DNA from: Minisyncoccia bacterium | GTDB lineage: Bacteria; Patescibacteriota; Minisyncoccia; 2-02-FULL-40-12; IGHO2-01-FULL-4-A | DNA: 64,000 nt | Assembly (NCBI GenBank): GCA_050015375.1 | Contig: JBEKBN010000003.1 | Span: forward strand, 16,127-80,126 | Direction: 5' to 3' | Shown here: piece by piece, positions 1-9,671 of the stretch | Layout: each line of letters starts with the position of its first letter | Position numbering within the stretch: position 1 is the stretch's first letter | Program-made: the position numbers and the translations under genes | Notes under the pieces: model-generated | The model's database searches: none | What the model saw: the letters and a program-made list of their open reading frames with translations, nothing else | Told to the model about the DNA's origin: nothing

Positions 1-791
1 TTGGCTTATGGATACCCTTAATCCAAATTCCACTTCCACTCGGATATTCAAATGAGCCGTAATAAAACGGACTACTGAAAACATGATAAAGCGTATTTCG
101 GCTCATCTCTTTTCCGGCTGGCCGTTTCTTTGTCGGCGGCATTTTGAATTTCCACTCTTCGTTGGCAATCTCGACTATTTTCGGAACGGTGTAGTTCCCC
201 GTGAGCATCATATCAAACATCCTTCTGACCGTATCAAATCGCTCCTGGTCAACCAAGATGGTTTTGGTGCCCCGTTCTGCATATTTGTCGTTTGTATAGC
301 CAACTGGTGCTGGTGCTGGATATATGCCCGCTTGAACCTTAGCCCTTAACCCTCTTTTTACATCCTCGCCCTTATTATCATTTTCGAGTTTGGCCTGACT
401 GCAGAAAAGGTTGAGCAGGAATTTGTCATTTGGCGTGTTACGGAATGTTTGGCCTGGCGTCCGGACTTCGTGCAATTTACCAATGTCGAAAAGATAAACG
501 ATTTTGCCTGTATCAACCGAATTTCGAGAAATACGGCTTGGATTCCAAACTAGCAGGCCATTGGCTTCTCCCTGCTCAATCCGTTCGACCATCTTATTGA
601 ATATCGGCCTGCCTGGGTATTTGGCCGAGTGAGATTCTTCCAAAATTTCAATTATATTCAGTCCTTCTCTCTTTGCCAGTTCGCCAAGTTCCGATTTCTG
701 GGAATCAATAGACGCAACCTGTCGGTCTTCTTGCTCCGAAGATTTGCGAGGATATTCAAAGTATTTAATTTTACCTGGTTCTTGTTTCATA
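1..791 (-). pseudogene. large serine recombinase, partial at window edge, apparently disrupted by a 1-nt insertion near 719-721
   Basis: A minus-strand ATG at 791-789 gives MKQEPGKIKYFEYPRKSSEQEDRQ, which carries the catalytic Ser motif RKSSEQ. That frame hits TGA at 707-705. The remaining 230+ codons read VASIDSQKSELGELAKREGL...GSGIWIKGIHKP without stops in the adjacent frame and run off position 1. This part is collinear with the 496-aa recombinase at 18519-20009. Confidence 0.6.
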
Positions 792-939
792 AACTAAAAG
801 GGGGCCCTGGTTGCCCAATCCACTTGCTCCCAAAGGAGTAGCCATACTGGCAGGGCCCCCGTTTAGGGGCACTATGGCTAATAAAAAACCTTTGGGAAAA
901 CTTATGGATTTAGGCAACATAACCATTATACCATATTGG

Positions 940-2142
940 TTACACTTGCCAATCATATTTATCAAATTTTTCCACAGTTATCTGTATGTCGCTTATTACA
1001 TGGCTGGGTGCTAATTCTTTCAAAATTCCAGCCGTCCTTTTGATTTTGAACGATAACCTTTGCCAGCTTTTCGGCGTCCAGTTTTTTTCGATTTTGTCTC
1101 TGAATTTCCGAGACCCGCACCTATTCACGAGAGTATAAATGGCGAAATCCTGCAATGCCTTATTCAGCGAATGGGCTTTTTTCTTACCTATTTCGATATA
1201 GCTTTTAATGATTGCATCAAAAATCTCATCTGCCGGACTGTCGATTTTCAGGGCGAGTTGGCTCGCCGGATTCTTTGTAATCTCACTCCAAACTTTTAAC
1301 ATAACCTTCCTGCACAAATCCTTATTGAAGATTTCCTCGAATGTTATGGCCTTAACCTTTTTGCCTATTATGTCCGAAATGAAAGCATTGAGCTTTTGCT
1401 GTTTTGCTAACCTAGCCTCGAATCGAAGTAGCTCTTGGTTATGAGCCCTGCTTTCGACAATCATCCTTTCCTGTTTGAATTTATCTTTATCTACTGCTTT
1501 ATTTTTTGGCGTTGCAATGTCTCTCAATTTATCGTAAAAGACAACCTGATATGACGAAGAATAGAAATATAGAGCTTGACCGCCGTTTTCATAATGTCGA
1601 ATACTGATGTGCTTGCCTCTGCCAATATCTGCCTTATATAGTTCAGAAATGGCGTCTTGGGATGTTATTGGACTTTGCAAAGGTATGTTTTTTCCGAAGT
1701 GAGCTTTGGTAACTATGGCCTGACGAATAGCGTTATCCGTTAAAACCACACTCATTTTTTGAAGTTGGAATTTTAATGTGCTAATAACTCGCTCGAAGTC
1801 GCTATTAGACAGTTCTTGCAAACTTTGTTTGAAAAGAAGTTTTGGAATTGAAAACTCAACGATAAGGTCAAAATATGGTTTATTCTCGTCATCGCATCTC
1901 ATGTAACCGGTCAGGCGGGGTTTATAATCTTCCAGTTGTTTATCGTGCAATGTCGGGTTTTGCTTGAATGTCTTGTAACGATTGAAACCAAAACTAAAGT
2001 AACTATCCTGGCTTAGTTTTTGAATATCAAAAGCCGGTGTGAAAAGATTCGGGTTTGAAACCTTGAAATCGGGGTATCTTATTCTTAATGCGACTGTATC
2101 AAGCATGTTATCTTTTATTTTTTGTTTGTTTGGAGTATTCAT
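940..2142 (-). CDS. hypothetical protein (possible replication/initiator-like protein of the recombinase-bounded segment)
   Basis: 400-aa ORF downstream of recombinase 1 on the same strand. It contains HISIRHYENGG (an HUH-like motif) and Tyr-rich segments. No confident family assignment. Confidence 0.35.
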   Translation of the reverse strand: MNTPNKQKIKDNMLDTVALRIRYPDFKVSNPNLFTPAFDIQKLSQDSYFSFGFNRYKTFKQNPTLHDKQLEDYKPRLTGYMRCDDENKPYFDLIVEFSIPKLLFKQSLQELSNSDFERVISTLKFQLQKMSVVLTDNAIRQAIVTKAHFGKNIPLQSPITSQDAISELYKADIGRGKHISIRHYENGGQALYFYSSSYQVVFYDKLRDIATPKNKAVDKDKFKQERMIVESRAHNQELLRFEARLAKQQKLNAFISDIIGKKVKAITFEEIFNKDLCRKVMLKVWSEITKNPASQLALKIDSPADEIFDAIIKSYIEIGKKKAHSLNKALQDFAIYTLVNRCGSRKFRDKIEKNWTPKSWQRLSFKIKRTAGILKELAPSHVISDIQITVEKFDKYDWQV

Positions 2143-2201
2143 TGTTGGTTTAATTAGCTAATTTTGTTGTCCAGAAATTTCTGGGAATACTCCAGCCAAT
2201 C

Positions 2202-2408
2202 TCATTCCGAGGGTTTTTCCTGTCTTTCTGTTGAGGGTTCCAATGCGTTTTTAATCGGGCCCGCTTCTTGCTCGCCGTAAACGATTTTGTAAAGATTGAC
2301 TAGGTTATTCGCACGAAAAGACGCCTCGGCATCAGTAAGCTGGATTTTGAACCTTTTTTGGTATAGATTCTTAAACTCTTCGATTGCTTCTTTGGGCAAC
2401 AGGCTCAT
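2202..2408 (-). CDS. small hypothetical protein
   Basis: 68-aa ORF with no recognisable motif. Confidence 0.3.
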   Translation of the reverse strand: MSLLPKEAIEEFKNLYQKRFKIQLTDAEASFRANNLVNLYKIVYGEQEAGPIKNALEPSTERQEKPSE

Positions 2409-2522
2409 ACTTCAATCGTATCTAGGCCGAGCCGTTGCCTGACATAATCTCAAGGTATTTTTAGGAACAAAAAAACGGCTATTTTAGCCGTTTTCAATTT
2501 GCGTTATTAACAGTAGCTTAGG

Positions 2523-3752
2523 TTATCTTGTGAGTATCTTTATCTTTATACCTGGGCTGATACGATAACCGCTTCCCTGTTTACCATCTAAAAGTTTTAA
2601 TTTGAGTTTGCGTTTTGTTATTCCGTTAATTTTTCCCTTCTCACTCCTAACATAATCAACATCTTTGCCAAGAGATATAGCAAGTTCCTTTGTCGGAAAA
2701 TAATCGCTTGTTTTAGCCTGGTGTTTAACCAATAATTTAATGATATTAAGTCTTTCTCGTGATTCCATCATCGGATAACAGTATTTACTTTTTGGCTCTC
2801 TCCATAAATCGCCGGATTTATCAAGGTTGAGAGCAAACTCCAATTTGTCGCTTTTCGTATCTTGAGTTTTCTCATCTTTCAGGGTCAGCTCCTTCAGAAG
2901 GTAAGTATGTGCTCTGGTTGCAAACCATCTAAATTTATCAATCGTTAAGTAATGAATAGCAGTTGATTGCGGATGATGGCCTAAACTCATTTCACTCATA
3001 ATCCTTAATTCCTCAATGGCAAATATGATATCAACCACTTCCTTTGTTTCCAGATAACTCCGGCTTTTTTCGGAAAACATTTTTATTGCCTCTGCAAAAG
3101 TAGTGTTTTTTGTTATTTCAGAAAACGCCTTTTGAAATATAAAAAATGCGTCAAAAGATGGCCACAATTCGAATCCCTTTTCCCTTTCAATAACTTGCGT
3201 CTTTTCCCATCTGCGGGGAAGAGTTTTAGAAAAAATAAAATTACCTCTTATATTGCGAAAAGCTATTGGGTGGTATTCACGATATTTGTCATCAGATACA
3301 ATGAATTGTTTTACTAATTCCCGATGACCTTGTTCACTGATACTAGCGGCAATTTCAAACAGGTAACCCTCTAAAGCGTCTGACTTAAAGTTGTGGCTAC
3401 TTATTTCTCCCTTTTCAAATCTTCTCAACTCATCAAGCAGATTTTCTGAATAACCAGGAACTGCTGGCCAATGAGGCTTAAATGAATCTGAAGGCATACC
3501 GTTGTCCTTGATGATTTTCAGTAATATATTTTTTGCCCCATTTAATTCCTCAAGAGATTTTTGTTCCAACTTATTTATCTCCTCATATTCTTCATGTTTT
3601 TTTTGTAATACTTTTTCGGCTATTTCCTTAAGTGCAGGAGTTTCCAAAATATAACCAATATAATCAGCTAATCCGGTAAAAAACTCCATCGGCAGATTTC
3701 GGTCAATGAATAACTTATAATATCTATCTAGGTTTTCAGATATTGAGGTCAT
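2523..3752 (-). CDS. hypothetical protein
   Basis: 409-aa ORF in the same orientation as the recombinase/Rep-like genes. No recognisable catalytic motif. Confidence 0.45.
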   Translation of the reverse strand: MTSISENLDRYYKLFIDRNLPMEFFTGLADYIGYILETPALKEIAEKVLQKKHEEYEEINKLEQKSLEELNGAKNILLKIIKDNGMPSDSFKPHWPAVPGYSENLLDELRRFEKGEISSHNFKSDALEGYLFEIAASISEQGHRELVKQFIVSDDKYREYHPIAFRNIRGNFIFSKTLPRRWEKTQVIEREKGFELWPSFDAFFIFQKAFSEITKNTTFAEAIKMFSEKSRSYLETKEVVDIIFAIEELRIMSEMSLGHHPQSTAIHYLTIDKFRWFATRAHTYLLKELTLKDEKTQDTKSDKLEFALNLDKSGDLWREPKSKYCYPMMESRERLNIIKLLVKHQAKTSDYFPTKELAISLGKDVDYVRSEKGKINGITKRKLKLKLLDGKQGSGYRISPGIKIKILTR

Positions 3753-3848
3753 TTTCTATACCCTAGCAATTTGTGGCTAATTTCTCAATGTTGTCCTTGA
3801 GAACTTGTAGTTGCTTTATTTTTGGTCAAATTTAGGTTATTTTATATT

Positions 3849-3986
3849 TGTGCACCCACAATTATAGATTTCCCTTGTTTTGGTCTCGGAGGGCTGTCCC
3901 TTCTGTCCGATTTGCGGACGGAAACGGGGCAGTTAACCTCCACAAATCGGAACCCTTCGGGCTAACGAGGAACAGTGGGTGCACAG
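3849..3986 (+). ncRNA. structured leader / candidate ncRNA upstream of the mod gene
   Basis: An 11-bp perfect inverted repeat tgtgcacccac (3849-3859) / gtgggtgcaca (3976-3986) encloses a 9-bp IR tccgatttg/caaatcgga and a C(UUCG)G-type hairpin cccttcggg (3953-3961). Three GTGCAC hexamers occur at 3850, 3979 and 4039, the last overlapping the mod start region. Confidence 0.35.
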
Positions 3987-4046
3987 GTTAGCTGTCCCTT
4001 TTTTGATATAAGCGAAAGGACAACTTAAAAAGCATAGCGTGCACCT

Positions 4047-5888
4047 ATGCCCAGATTACAGAAAAATGCCGTCAAGGATGAGGTCAATATTCAAAACCAG
4101 ACCAATGGCAGTTTTGTAGTTCCTGACGAGCCGGAGATTCCCGTTCAAGAAGAGTTTTATCAAATGCCGACAAGGTTCGGCAATGTGCCGGTAGATAAAG
4201 CTCCTCTTGGCTGGGATGAGCAAAGAAGATTTGAGAAAGTTTATCCCAGGGTCTCGCTGCCTTTTCAGCAAATTGAGAGGGTCTCTTTTGGTCATCCGGA
4301 GCTTGAACCAAACAAGCTTTTTTTTGGTGATAATTTACATGTAATGCGAATGTTGCCATCCAAGTCAATTGACCTTATTTATATTGACCCGCCGTTTTTC
4401 TCTGGCCGAAATTACAACATCCTCTATGGCGATAAAAATGAGCTTCGTTCTTTCAGAGATATTTGGGAGGGCGGTATGCCTGGCTATTTGATTTGGCTTA
4501 ATGCTCGGCTGTTCGAGATGAAGCGATTACTTAAAGATACCGGCTCAATTTATGTTCATCTCGATTGGCACGCAAGCCATTATGTGAAAATGGAGATGGA
4601 TAAGATATTCGGATACGATAATTTTAGAAATGAAATAATCTGGCGTTATCGAACTGGCAATATTTCTAAAAAGCAATTCCAAAGAAAGCACGACGCAATA
4701 CTACTTTATTCAAAATCACAAGATTGGAAATATAATATCCAGATGCTCAAGGAATATTATGTTCAAGTATTTGGCCCAGATAAGAAGATAAGTTTCAAGA
4801 GTGCGGGCGAACAAGAAGATAAATATGGAAAGTTTAGGATGAGTCAGGTTGATGATGTATGGGATATTTCGGCCGTCTTTACACTAGGAAAGGAGCACAT
4901 TGGTTATCCGACACAAAAACCAGAAGCACTTTTAGAGCGAATCATTAACGCCTCTTCAGATAAGGGCGATGTTGTTGCTGACTTCTTTTGCGGCGGTGGC
5001 ACTACTGCGGTTGTTGCCCAAAGATTGGGACGAAAATGGATTACTTCAGATATTTCCCGTGTCGCCATAGCCATAACCGCTGACCGATTATCTAACGCCG
5101 TCGTGGAGGGAGACAAGGATGGACAAAGAAAAATACAGCAATCTTTAATTGATGAAATTCCAGATTTTGTTATCGAGCACTGGGGTATATATGAAATTCA
5201 AAAACTGGGCAAAATGAAGCCGTTACAATTCAGAAAGTTTATCATCGAAGCATATAATGGCCGTCCCGATACGACGTCTGACAATATACACGGATATAAA
5301 AATGGCGAACCGCTTTTTGTTGGAGACCCAGAGCCGGATGACCGAATTTCCAAAGAGGAAGTTGTTGCTTTTGCCAAAACAATTCTTACCAAAAAAGGCA
5401 TACATAGAGGCACTATGCTTGGCTGGGCTTTCAGTCCGGATGCCAGAGTTGTAGCCGAAAAATTAGCGGCCAGAGAAGGTATCACTTTGGATTTTGTGAA
5501 GCTCAATTTGATACCCATAGATTCACCGGAATTTAAGAGCCATATCACCGATAAAAACCCGTCTTATGTTGATTTGGTTTCATTCATTTTACCGCCTTTG
5601 ATTAGATTTGGTTTCCATAAAACCGGAGCTTTGAAATACGAGTTTGATGTTTCCGAATCAACCTCGATGAACTCCAATGGCAGGATAATCAATGTCCAGT
5701 GGGATTTTGATTATAGAAACCGATTTAGCTCAACTCATGGCTACTCGTTTTTACGAGGTAAAAAGAATGAGTCTTTATTGAAAACAGAATACACTTTTTC
5801 ATCGGCTGGCAAGAGGAAAATAGCTTGCAGAGTTCAAGATGACTTGGGCGGTGAAGCAACCTTAATAAAAGAAATTGATGTTGAATAA
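4047..5888 (+). CDS. mod: Type III restriction-modification methyltransferase (Mod), beta-class N6A/N4C MTase
   Basis: Motif IV DLIYIDPPF lies N-terminal to motif I FFCGGGTTAV. The large region between the motifs is a probable TRD. The res-like helicase gene follows immediately. Confidence 0.8.
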   Translation: MPRLQKNAVKDEVNIQNQTNGSFVVPDEPEIPVQEEFYQMPTRFGNVPVDKAPLGWDEQRRFEKVYPRVSLPFQQIERVSFGHPELEPNKLFFGDNLHVMRMLPSKSIDLIYIDPPFFSGRNYNILYGDKNELRSFRDIWEGGMPGYLIWLNARLFEMKRLLKDTGSIYVHLDWHASHYVKMEMDKIFGYDNFRNEIIWRYRTGNISKKQFQRKHDAILLYSKSQDWKYNIQMLKEYYVQVFGPDKKISFKSAGEQEDKYGKFRMSQVDDVWDISAVFTLGKEHIGYPTQKPEALLERIINASSDKGDVVADFFCGGGTTAVVAQRLGRKWITSDISRVAIAITADRLSNAVVEGDKDGQRKIQQSLIDEIPDFVIEHWGIYEIQKLGKMKPLQFRKFIIEAYNGRPDTTSDNIHGYKNGEPLFVGDPEPDDRISKEEVVAFAKTILTKKGIHRGTMLGWAFSPDARVVAEKLAAREGITLDFVKLNLIPIDSPEFKSHITDKNPSYVDLVSFILPPLIRFGFHKTGALKYEFDVSESTSMNSNGRIINVQWDFDYRNRFSSTHGYSFLRGKKNESLLKTEYTFSSAGKRKIACRVQDDLGGEATLIKEIDVE

Positions 5889-5890
5889 AT

Positions 5891-7879
5891 ATGTTTAATT
5901 CATTTCTACCATACGAAAAACAATTCCGAACTTGGATTGATAACAAGTTCCAACACGAGAAAATCAAACCCGAAACTAGGGAGTTCATTTTGCATATCTT
6001 GAATCCGGAACGAGAAAGAAAGCTTTGGCCAAATCAACAGGAAGGAATTTTGCGGGCAATTTTTGCGTATGAGGTTCTCGGTAAGAAAACCCTGTTGCTC
6101 AACATAGTTACCGGTGGCGGTAAAACAGCAATCATTGCCGGTGTCATTGCTTGGCTTCGGATGGCTCATCAGATAAGACATTTCATCATCCTTAACCCGA
6201 ATGTAATCGTCAGGGACAGATTAGAGCAGGACTTTAGAAAGGCAAAGATTTTCAGAGATTTTAAGTTTTTCCCAGCCGTTTATTCAAATCTATTAGACGA
6301 CTTGGATTTGCATATTCTTGGCGACAAACAAGCTCCGCAAGGCATGCTTGAATCTGGTGTCGTTTTGGGTAACATACAACAGCTCTATAGCAGAGGCGGT
6401 AAGGTTAGCCGTAACCTTGCCTACATAATGAATTTTCTTGGCGACTTGGCCGTTTTCAATGATGAGGCTCACAATACGCCGGCTCCGGAATATACGAATA
6501 TCTTGATGCAGTTGGCAAAGAAATCAAAGTTTCGTCTTGATACAACAGCAACGCCGGATAGAGCTGACAATCAAAACCCAGATTCAGAAATGATTTATGA
6601 ATATGGCATCCAAGATGCCCTGGCTGATGACCTCGTTAAATCTGTTGTTGTATATCAGCCGGACATAAGACGAGTTGAGCTTACTTATACAGATGTGGAT
6701 ACTGGCAAGAAAGCGAAGGTTGAAGAGATTGACTGGGATGAAATAGATAAAAGAGGTATCAGCGCAACTCAATGGGTTACAGATGATAAGCCGTTAAAAC
6801 AACAAATCAAAATAGCCATCCAAAGGCTGGACGAGCAAAAAGAGAGGGCCAAAGGACGATATAAACCGGTTCTGTTTGTTGTGGCTGTTTGTATCAGGGA
6901 TGCCAAAAATGTTGTGAGTGTCATGGAAAAGAAATTTGGCCTAAAAACCCTCTTGGTTACAGAGGAATCCGAAGAAGCACAGAGGAGAGAGGCGGCTCAC
7001 ATTGGCCATCTGGATAGCCCCTACGATGCTGTGGTAAGCGTTTTAATGCTCCGTGAGGGTTGGGATGTGCCTCAAGTATCGGTTATCATATTATTGCGTA
7101 AATTCTCATCACGGGTCTACGGCCAACAGGTAATTGGCAGAGGTTTACGGAAGGTCATCAGAGAGGGCGATGAGCGGGAGATATTGGCGGTTGTTGACCA
7201 TCCAAAACTTGAACACGGCTGGTTGTGGAAATTGGTTGGAGCGAGAATTAAAAAGGATGTATCGGTTGATGATAAATTTGATGTTGAAGAAGATTTGCCG
7301 GAGAGACAACAGAAACAAGAGCTGATTGACCCAGATAAACTGATTGAGGTTCCGGAACTTGAAGGCGAAATTGAACCGAATTTTGATGATTTGTTGCAAG
7401 AGATAAAAGAAGTTCCGGTTACTGAAGATTGGCCAAAGATACTCGATGCTGTAGTTTATCCGAGAAACAAGGTTGAGATTACTGGTCTGAAATTACGAGG
7501 CATCAGAAAAATGGATTTGGGTGGTAAGCAATATGTTGAATACGAACCAACGGAAGATGAAGAAGAAAAAACAATCGAAACACAAGAACAGGAAACAACA
7601 TATTCACTCGATGACTTGCGGGAAGAACTGAAGGAAGAAGTTTTAGAACTTGGCTCTGAATTGCTTTTCATGATGGGTTTCGGTTCAATTTACAAAGAGC
7701 TACTTTACAACACGATAATGAATCACATTGATAAAAGATTATTTAATGGAAAGACACTCGGTTTAGCAGAACAAAAAGATTTGGAATTTGCTTTGTATAA
7801 ATTACCGGAAATAAGACGGGTATTTATGAGGCCTGGTTTAGTGCCGAGTATCATCCGTTATCCCAATGCAACAGAGTGA
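5891..7879 (+). CDS. res: Type III restriction enzyme Res subunit, SF2 helicase part
   Basis: Walker A VTGGGKTAIIAG, DEAH box FNDEAHN and motif VI QQVIGRGLR. Starts 3 nt after the mod stop. Lacks the C-terminal nuclease domain (see next ORF). Confidence 0.75.
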   Translation: MFNSFLPYEKQFRTWIDNKFQHEKIKPETREFILHILNPERERKLWPNQQEGILRAIFAYEVLGKKTLLLNIVTGGGKTAIIAGVIAWLRMAHQIRHFIILNPNVIVRDRLEQDFRKAKIFRDFKFFPAVYSNLLDDLDLHILGDKQAPQGMLESGVVLGNIQQLYSRGGKVSRNLAYIMNFLGDLAVFNDEAHNTPAPEYTNILMQLAKKSKFRLDTTATPDRADNQNPDSEMIYEYGIQDALADDLVKSVVVYQPDIRRVELTYTDVDTGKKAKVEEIDWDEIDKRGISATQWVTDDKPLKQQIKIAIQRLDEQKERAKGRYKPVLFVVAVCIRDAKNVVSVMEKKFGLKTLLVTEESEEAQRREAAHIGHLDSPYDAVVSVLMLREGWDVPQVSVIILLRKFSSRVYGQQVIGRGLRKVIREGDEREILAVVDHPKLEHGWLWKLVGARIKKDVSVDDKFDVEEDLPERQQKQELIDPDKLIEVPELEGEIEPNFDDLLQEIKEVPVTEDWPKILDAVVYPRNKVEITGLKLRGIRKMDLGGKQYVEYEPTEDEEEKTIETQEQETTYSLDDLREELKEEVLELGSELLFMMGFGSIYKELLYNTIMNHIDKRLFNGKTLGLAEQKDLEFALYKLPEIRRVFMRPGLVPSIIRYPNATE

Positions 7880-8213
7880 ACACGGCGTATTTGAACACCC
7901 AACAAAAAGTCCTTTCTCGCTGGAAAAATATGATTCTCGCTGGGAGCGGGAATATATGGATGAGCTGGAGTTATATTCTGATGTCGCTAAATGGACTAAA
8001 AGCCACAACATCAGGATTCCTTATGTGGACGATGCGGGATATAGGAAATTCTTTGAACCGGATTTCTTGGTTGAAAAAATTGACGGCACAAAGGAAATTC
8101 ATGAGATTAAAGGTAGCCATTTAATGAACCGAGAAACCGAATTGAAAGTGAATGCGGCCAAGCTGTTTTGCGAGGCAAGAAATATGAAATTTCGCCTGAT
8201 TACAAAGCAATGA
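7866..8213 (+). CDS. PD-(D/E)xK nuclease domain ORF, probable detached or frameshifted C-terminal endonuclease part of Res
   Basis: 115-aa ORF overlapping the res end by 14 nt in another frame. It contains VDDAG...EPDFLVEKIDGTKEIHEIKG (PD...EIK). Confidence 0.5.
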   Translation: MQQSEHGVFEHPTKSPFSLEKYDSRWEREYMDELELYSDVAKWTKSHNIRIPYVDDAGYRKFFEPDFLVEKIDGTKEIHEIKGSHLMNRETELKVNAAKLFCEARNMKFRLITKQ

Positions 8214-8458
8214 AAACCTTTGCTGAAGAACTTAAAGAACTCAACGAGCATGGTAATAAAATGACAGAAGAAATAAATCGGTTACTTTTCGTTATTAAAA
8301 ATACTCCCGATACTAATAAAGCAAAGGCCCTCATGTCCAAAGCTGATGAGCTTTTTACTTCATTTGACCAAAAAATGAAAGATTTTGATTCAAAACACGG
8401 CGATGAACTTAAAAGATTGGTGAAATATCTTGATGATAAAAAACGGAGCAGAAACTAA
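8168..8458 (+). CDS. hypothetical acidic coiled-coil protein
   Basis: 96-aa ORF. Confidence 0.3.
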   Translation: MRGKKYEISPDYKAMKTFAEELKELNEHGNKMTEEINRLLFVIKNTPDTNKAKALMSKADELFTSFDQKMKDFDSKHGDELKRLVKYLDDKKRSRN

Positions 8459-8681
8459 TTCAGAAATGATTTCAGAAGAGGCATTAGACGAATTTAAGAG
8501 CATTTGGAAAGAGGAATACAATGAGGACATTTCAGATGATTTTGCGATGGAAACAGCTACCGCACTGCTAACCATGATGAACCATATTTATAGACCAGTT
8601 AAGAAAAGCTGGCTCAAGGAGTTTGAAGAACAAAATGGTGAAACAAAAGTCGAAGAGAACAAAATCGAAAAAATAAAATGA
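8430..8681 (+). CDS. hypothetical protein
   Basis: 83-aa ORF. Confidence 0.3.
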   Translation: MMIKNGAETNSEMISEEALDEFKSIWKEEYNEDISDDFAMETATALLTMMNHIYRPVKKSWLKEFEEQNGETKVEENKIEKIK

Positions 8682-8815
8682 AACCCTTTATCAGATTAGT
8701 CATAGGATTAGCGGCGTTATTTTTCATAACAATTATGTCGGCCATTTTTGGCGTAGGCGGTTTTCTCTTTACGGTTGGACTATACGCCGTCATTTATTTT
8801 GCCTTTGCGAAATAG
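8678..8815 (+). CDS. small hydrophobic membrane peptide (45 aa)
   Basis: ATG 8678 to TAG 8813-8815, encoding MKPFIRLVIGLAALFFITIMSAIFGVGGFLFTVGLYAVIYFAFAK. Below the ORF-track size cutoff. Confidence 0.3.
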   Translation: MKPFIRLVIGLAALFFITIMSAIFGVGGFLFTVGLYAVIYFAFAK

Positions 8816-8902
8816 TGGATAGCAAGGTGGGGTAAATTGAGTATTTATAGCATTTTATGCTATTATGATTTTAGAAATGCAAAAACAATACTTCAGAAAC
8901 TA

Positions 8903-8957
8903 AAACCGCCCAACGAAGAACCGCATAATCTCTGCGGCTTCTTGGCGGTTTTTTGTT
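8903..8957 (+). terminator. imperfect long hairpin plus T-run
   Basis: aaaccgcc...ggcggttttttgtttg, directly upstream of tRNA-Phe. Confidence 0.4.
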
Positions 8958-8958
8958 T

Positions 8959-9030
8959 GCCTTTGTAGCTCAACGGCCAGAGCACGCCTCTGAAAAGGGC
9001 GGGAAAGAGGTTCAACTCCTCTCAAAGGCA
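8959..9030 (+). tRNA. tRNA-Phe (GAA)
   Basis: Acceptor GCCTTTG/CAAAGGC, D-arm GCTC..GAGC, anticodon stem CGCCT/GGGCG with loop CTGAAAA, T-arm AGAGG-TTCAACT-CCTCT. 72 nt, CCA not encoded. Confidence 0.85.
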
Positions 9031-9033
9031 CAC

Positions 9034-9106
9034 GCCCTCGTAGCTCAATGGACAGAGCGGGACGCTTCTATCGTCAAGGTTGCAGGTTCAAGTCCTGCCG
9101 AGGGCA
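9034..9106 (+). tRNA. tRNA-Arg (UCU)
   Basis: Acceptor GCCCTCG/CGAGGGC, D-arm GCTC..GAGC, anticodon loop CTTCTAT with a G-A mismatch at 27-43, T-arm GCAGG-TTCAAGT-CCTGC. Confidence 0.75.
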
Positions 9107-9341
9107 CTCTAATAAAATAATAAAATTGGACTCATACCAAAATCATAGCGGTATGTTACAAGGAGAAGACATTAGCCAAAATGGACATCTGGGGATAACT
9201 ATTTTGTTGGTAATTATGTCTCGTTTAGTATAAAATATAGGATAGCAATACTTCGTGATTTTTGTTCTATTTTTATGTGGGACATTGACATTTTTTATTC
9301 TCTTGCTAAATTAAAGCACTATTAGTTTAATGTAAGATATT

Positions 9342-9671
9342 ATGCCCACTAAATCAGCATCCATACAAGCTATTGACTTAACGAGAGCCGTTTTTGAGTC
9401 TATACACGGTAATATCGGGTTACTTAAGTTTAATGTTGAAGAACTTACCCCCAAGAACGGAAAGAACGGAGAGGATTCAAAAAAATGGGAAATAGTTTGT
9501 AGTTTTTTAGAAACCCTTGGAAGTTCATCACAATCTCGCTATAGGGTATTTGTCGATTTGAATGATAGAACCGTAACTATCAAGAAACTAAGCAGTGGGC
9601 AGGGAGAGGCTGGATTAAATGAGCCGGAGAAAAAGTTTGTTGTTACAGAAGAAAAAGAGGAGAAAAAATAA
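9342..9671 (+). CDS. hypothetical protein (possible antitoxin-like partner)
   Basis: 109-aa ORF whose stop overlaps the start of the next gene (ATGA-type overlap at 9671). Confidence 0.35.
   Translation: MPTKSASIQAIDLTRAVFESIHGNIGLLKFNVEELTPKNGKNGEDSKKWEIVCSFLETLGSSSQSRYRVFVDLNDRTVTIKKLSSGQGEAGLNEPEKKFVVTEEKEEKK

Noticed and set aside
83-349. 88-aa plus-strand ORF
   Set aside because: Antisense to the serine recombinase coding region.
771-1014. Two overlapping small ORFs (771-965 minus, 811-1014 plus)
   Set aside because: They lie in the recombinase upstream region containing an inverted repeat. Low complexity, mutually antisense.
8959-9106. Direct repeats (ggatagcaa ... caatacttc) flanking the tRNA-Phe/Arg pair as att sites
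   Set aside because: The repeats are short (9-10 nt) and imperfect. They could be chance in AT-rich sequence.
9048-9233. 61-aa ORF on the plus strand
   Set aside because: It overlaps tRNA-Arg and the tRNA-Phe 3' region. It has no coding features.
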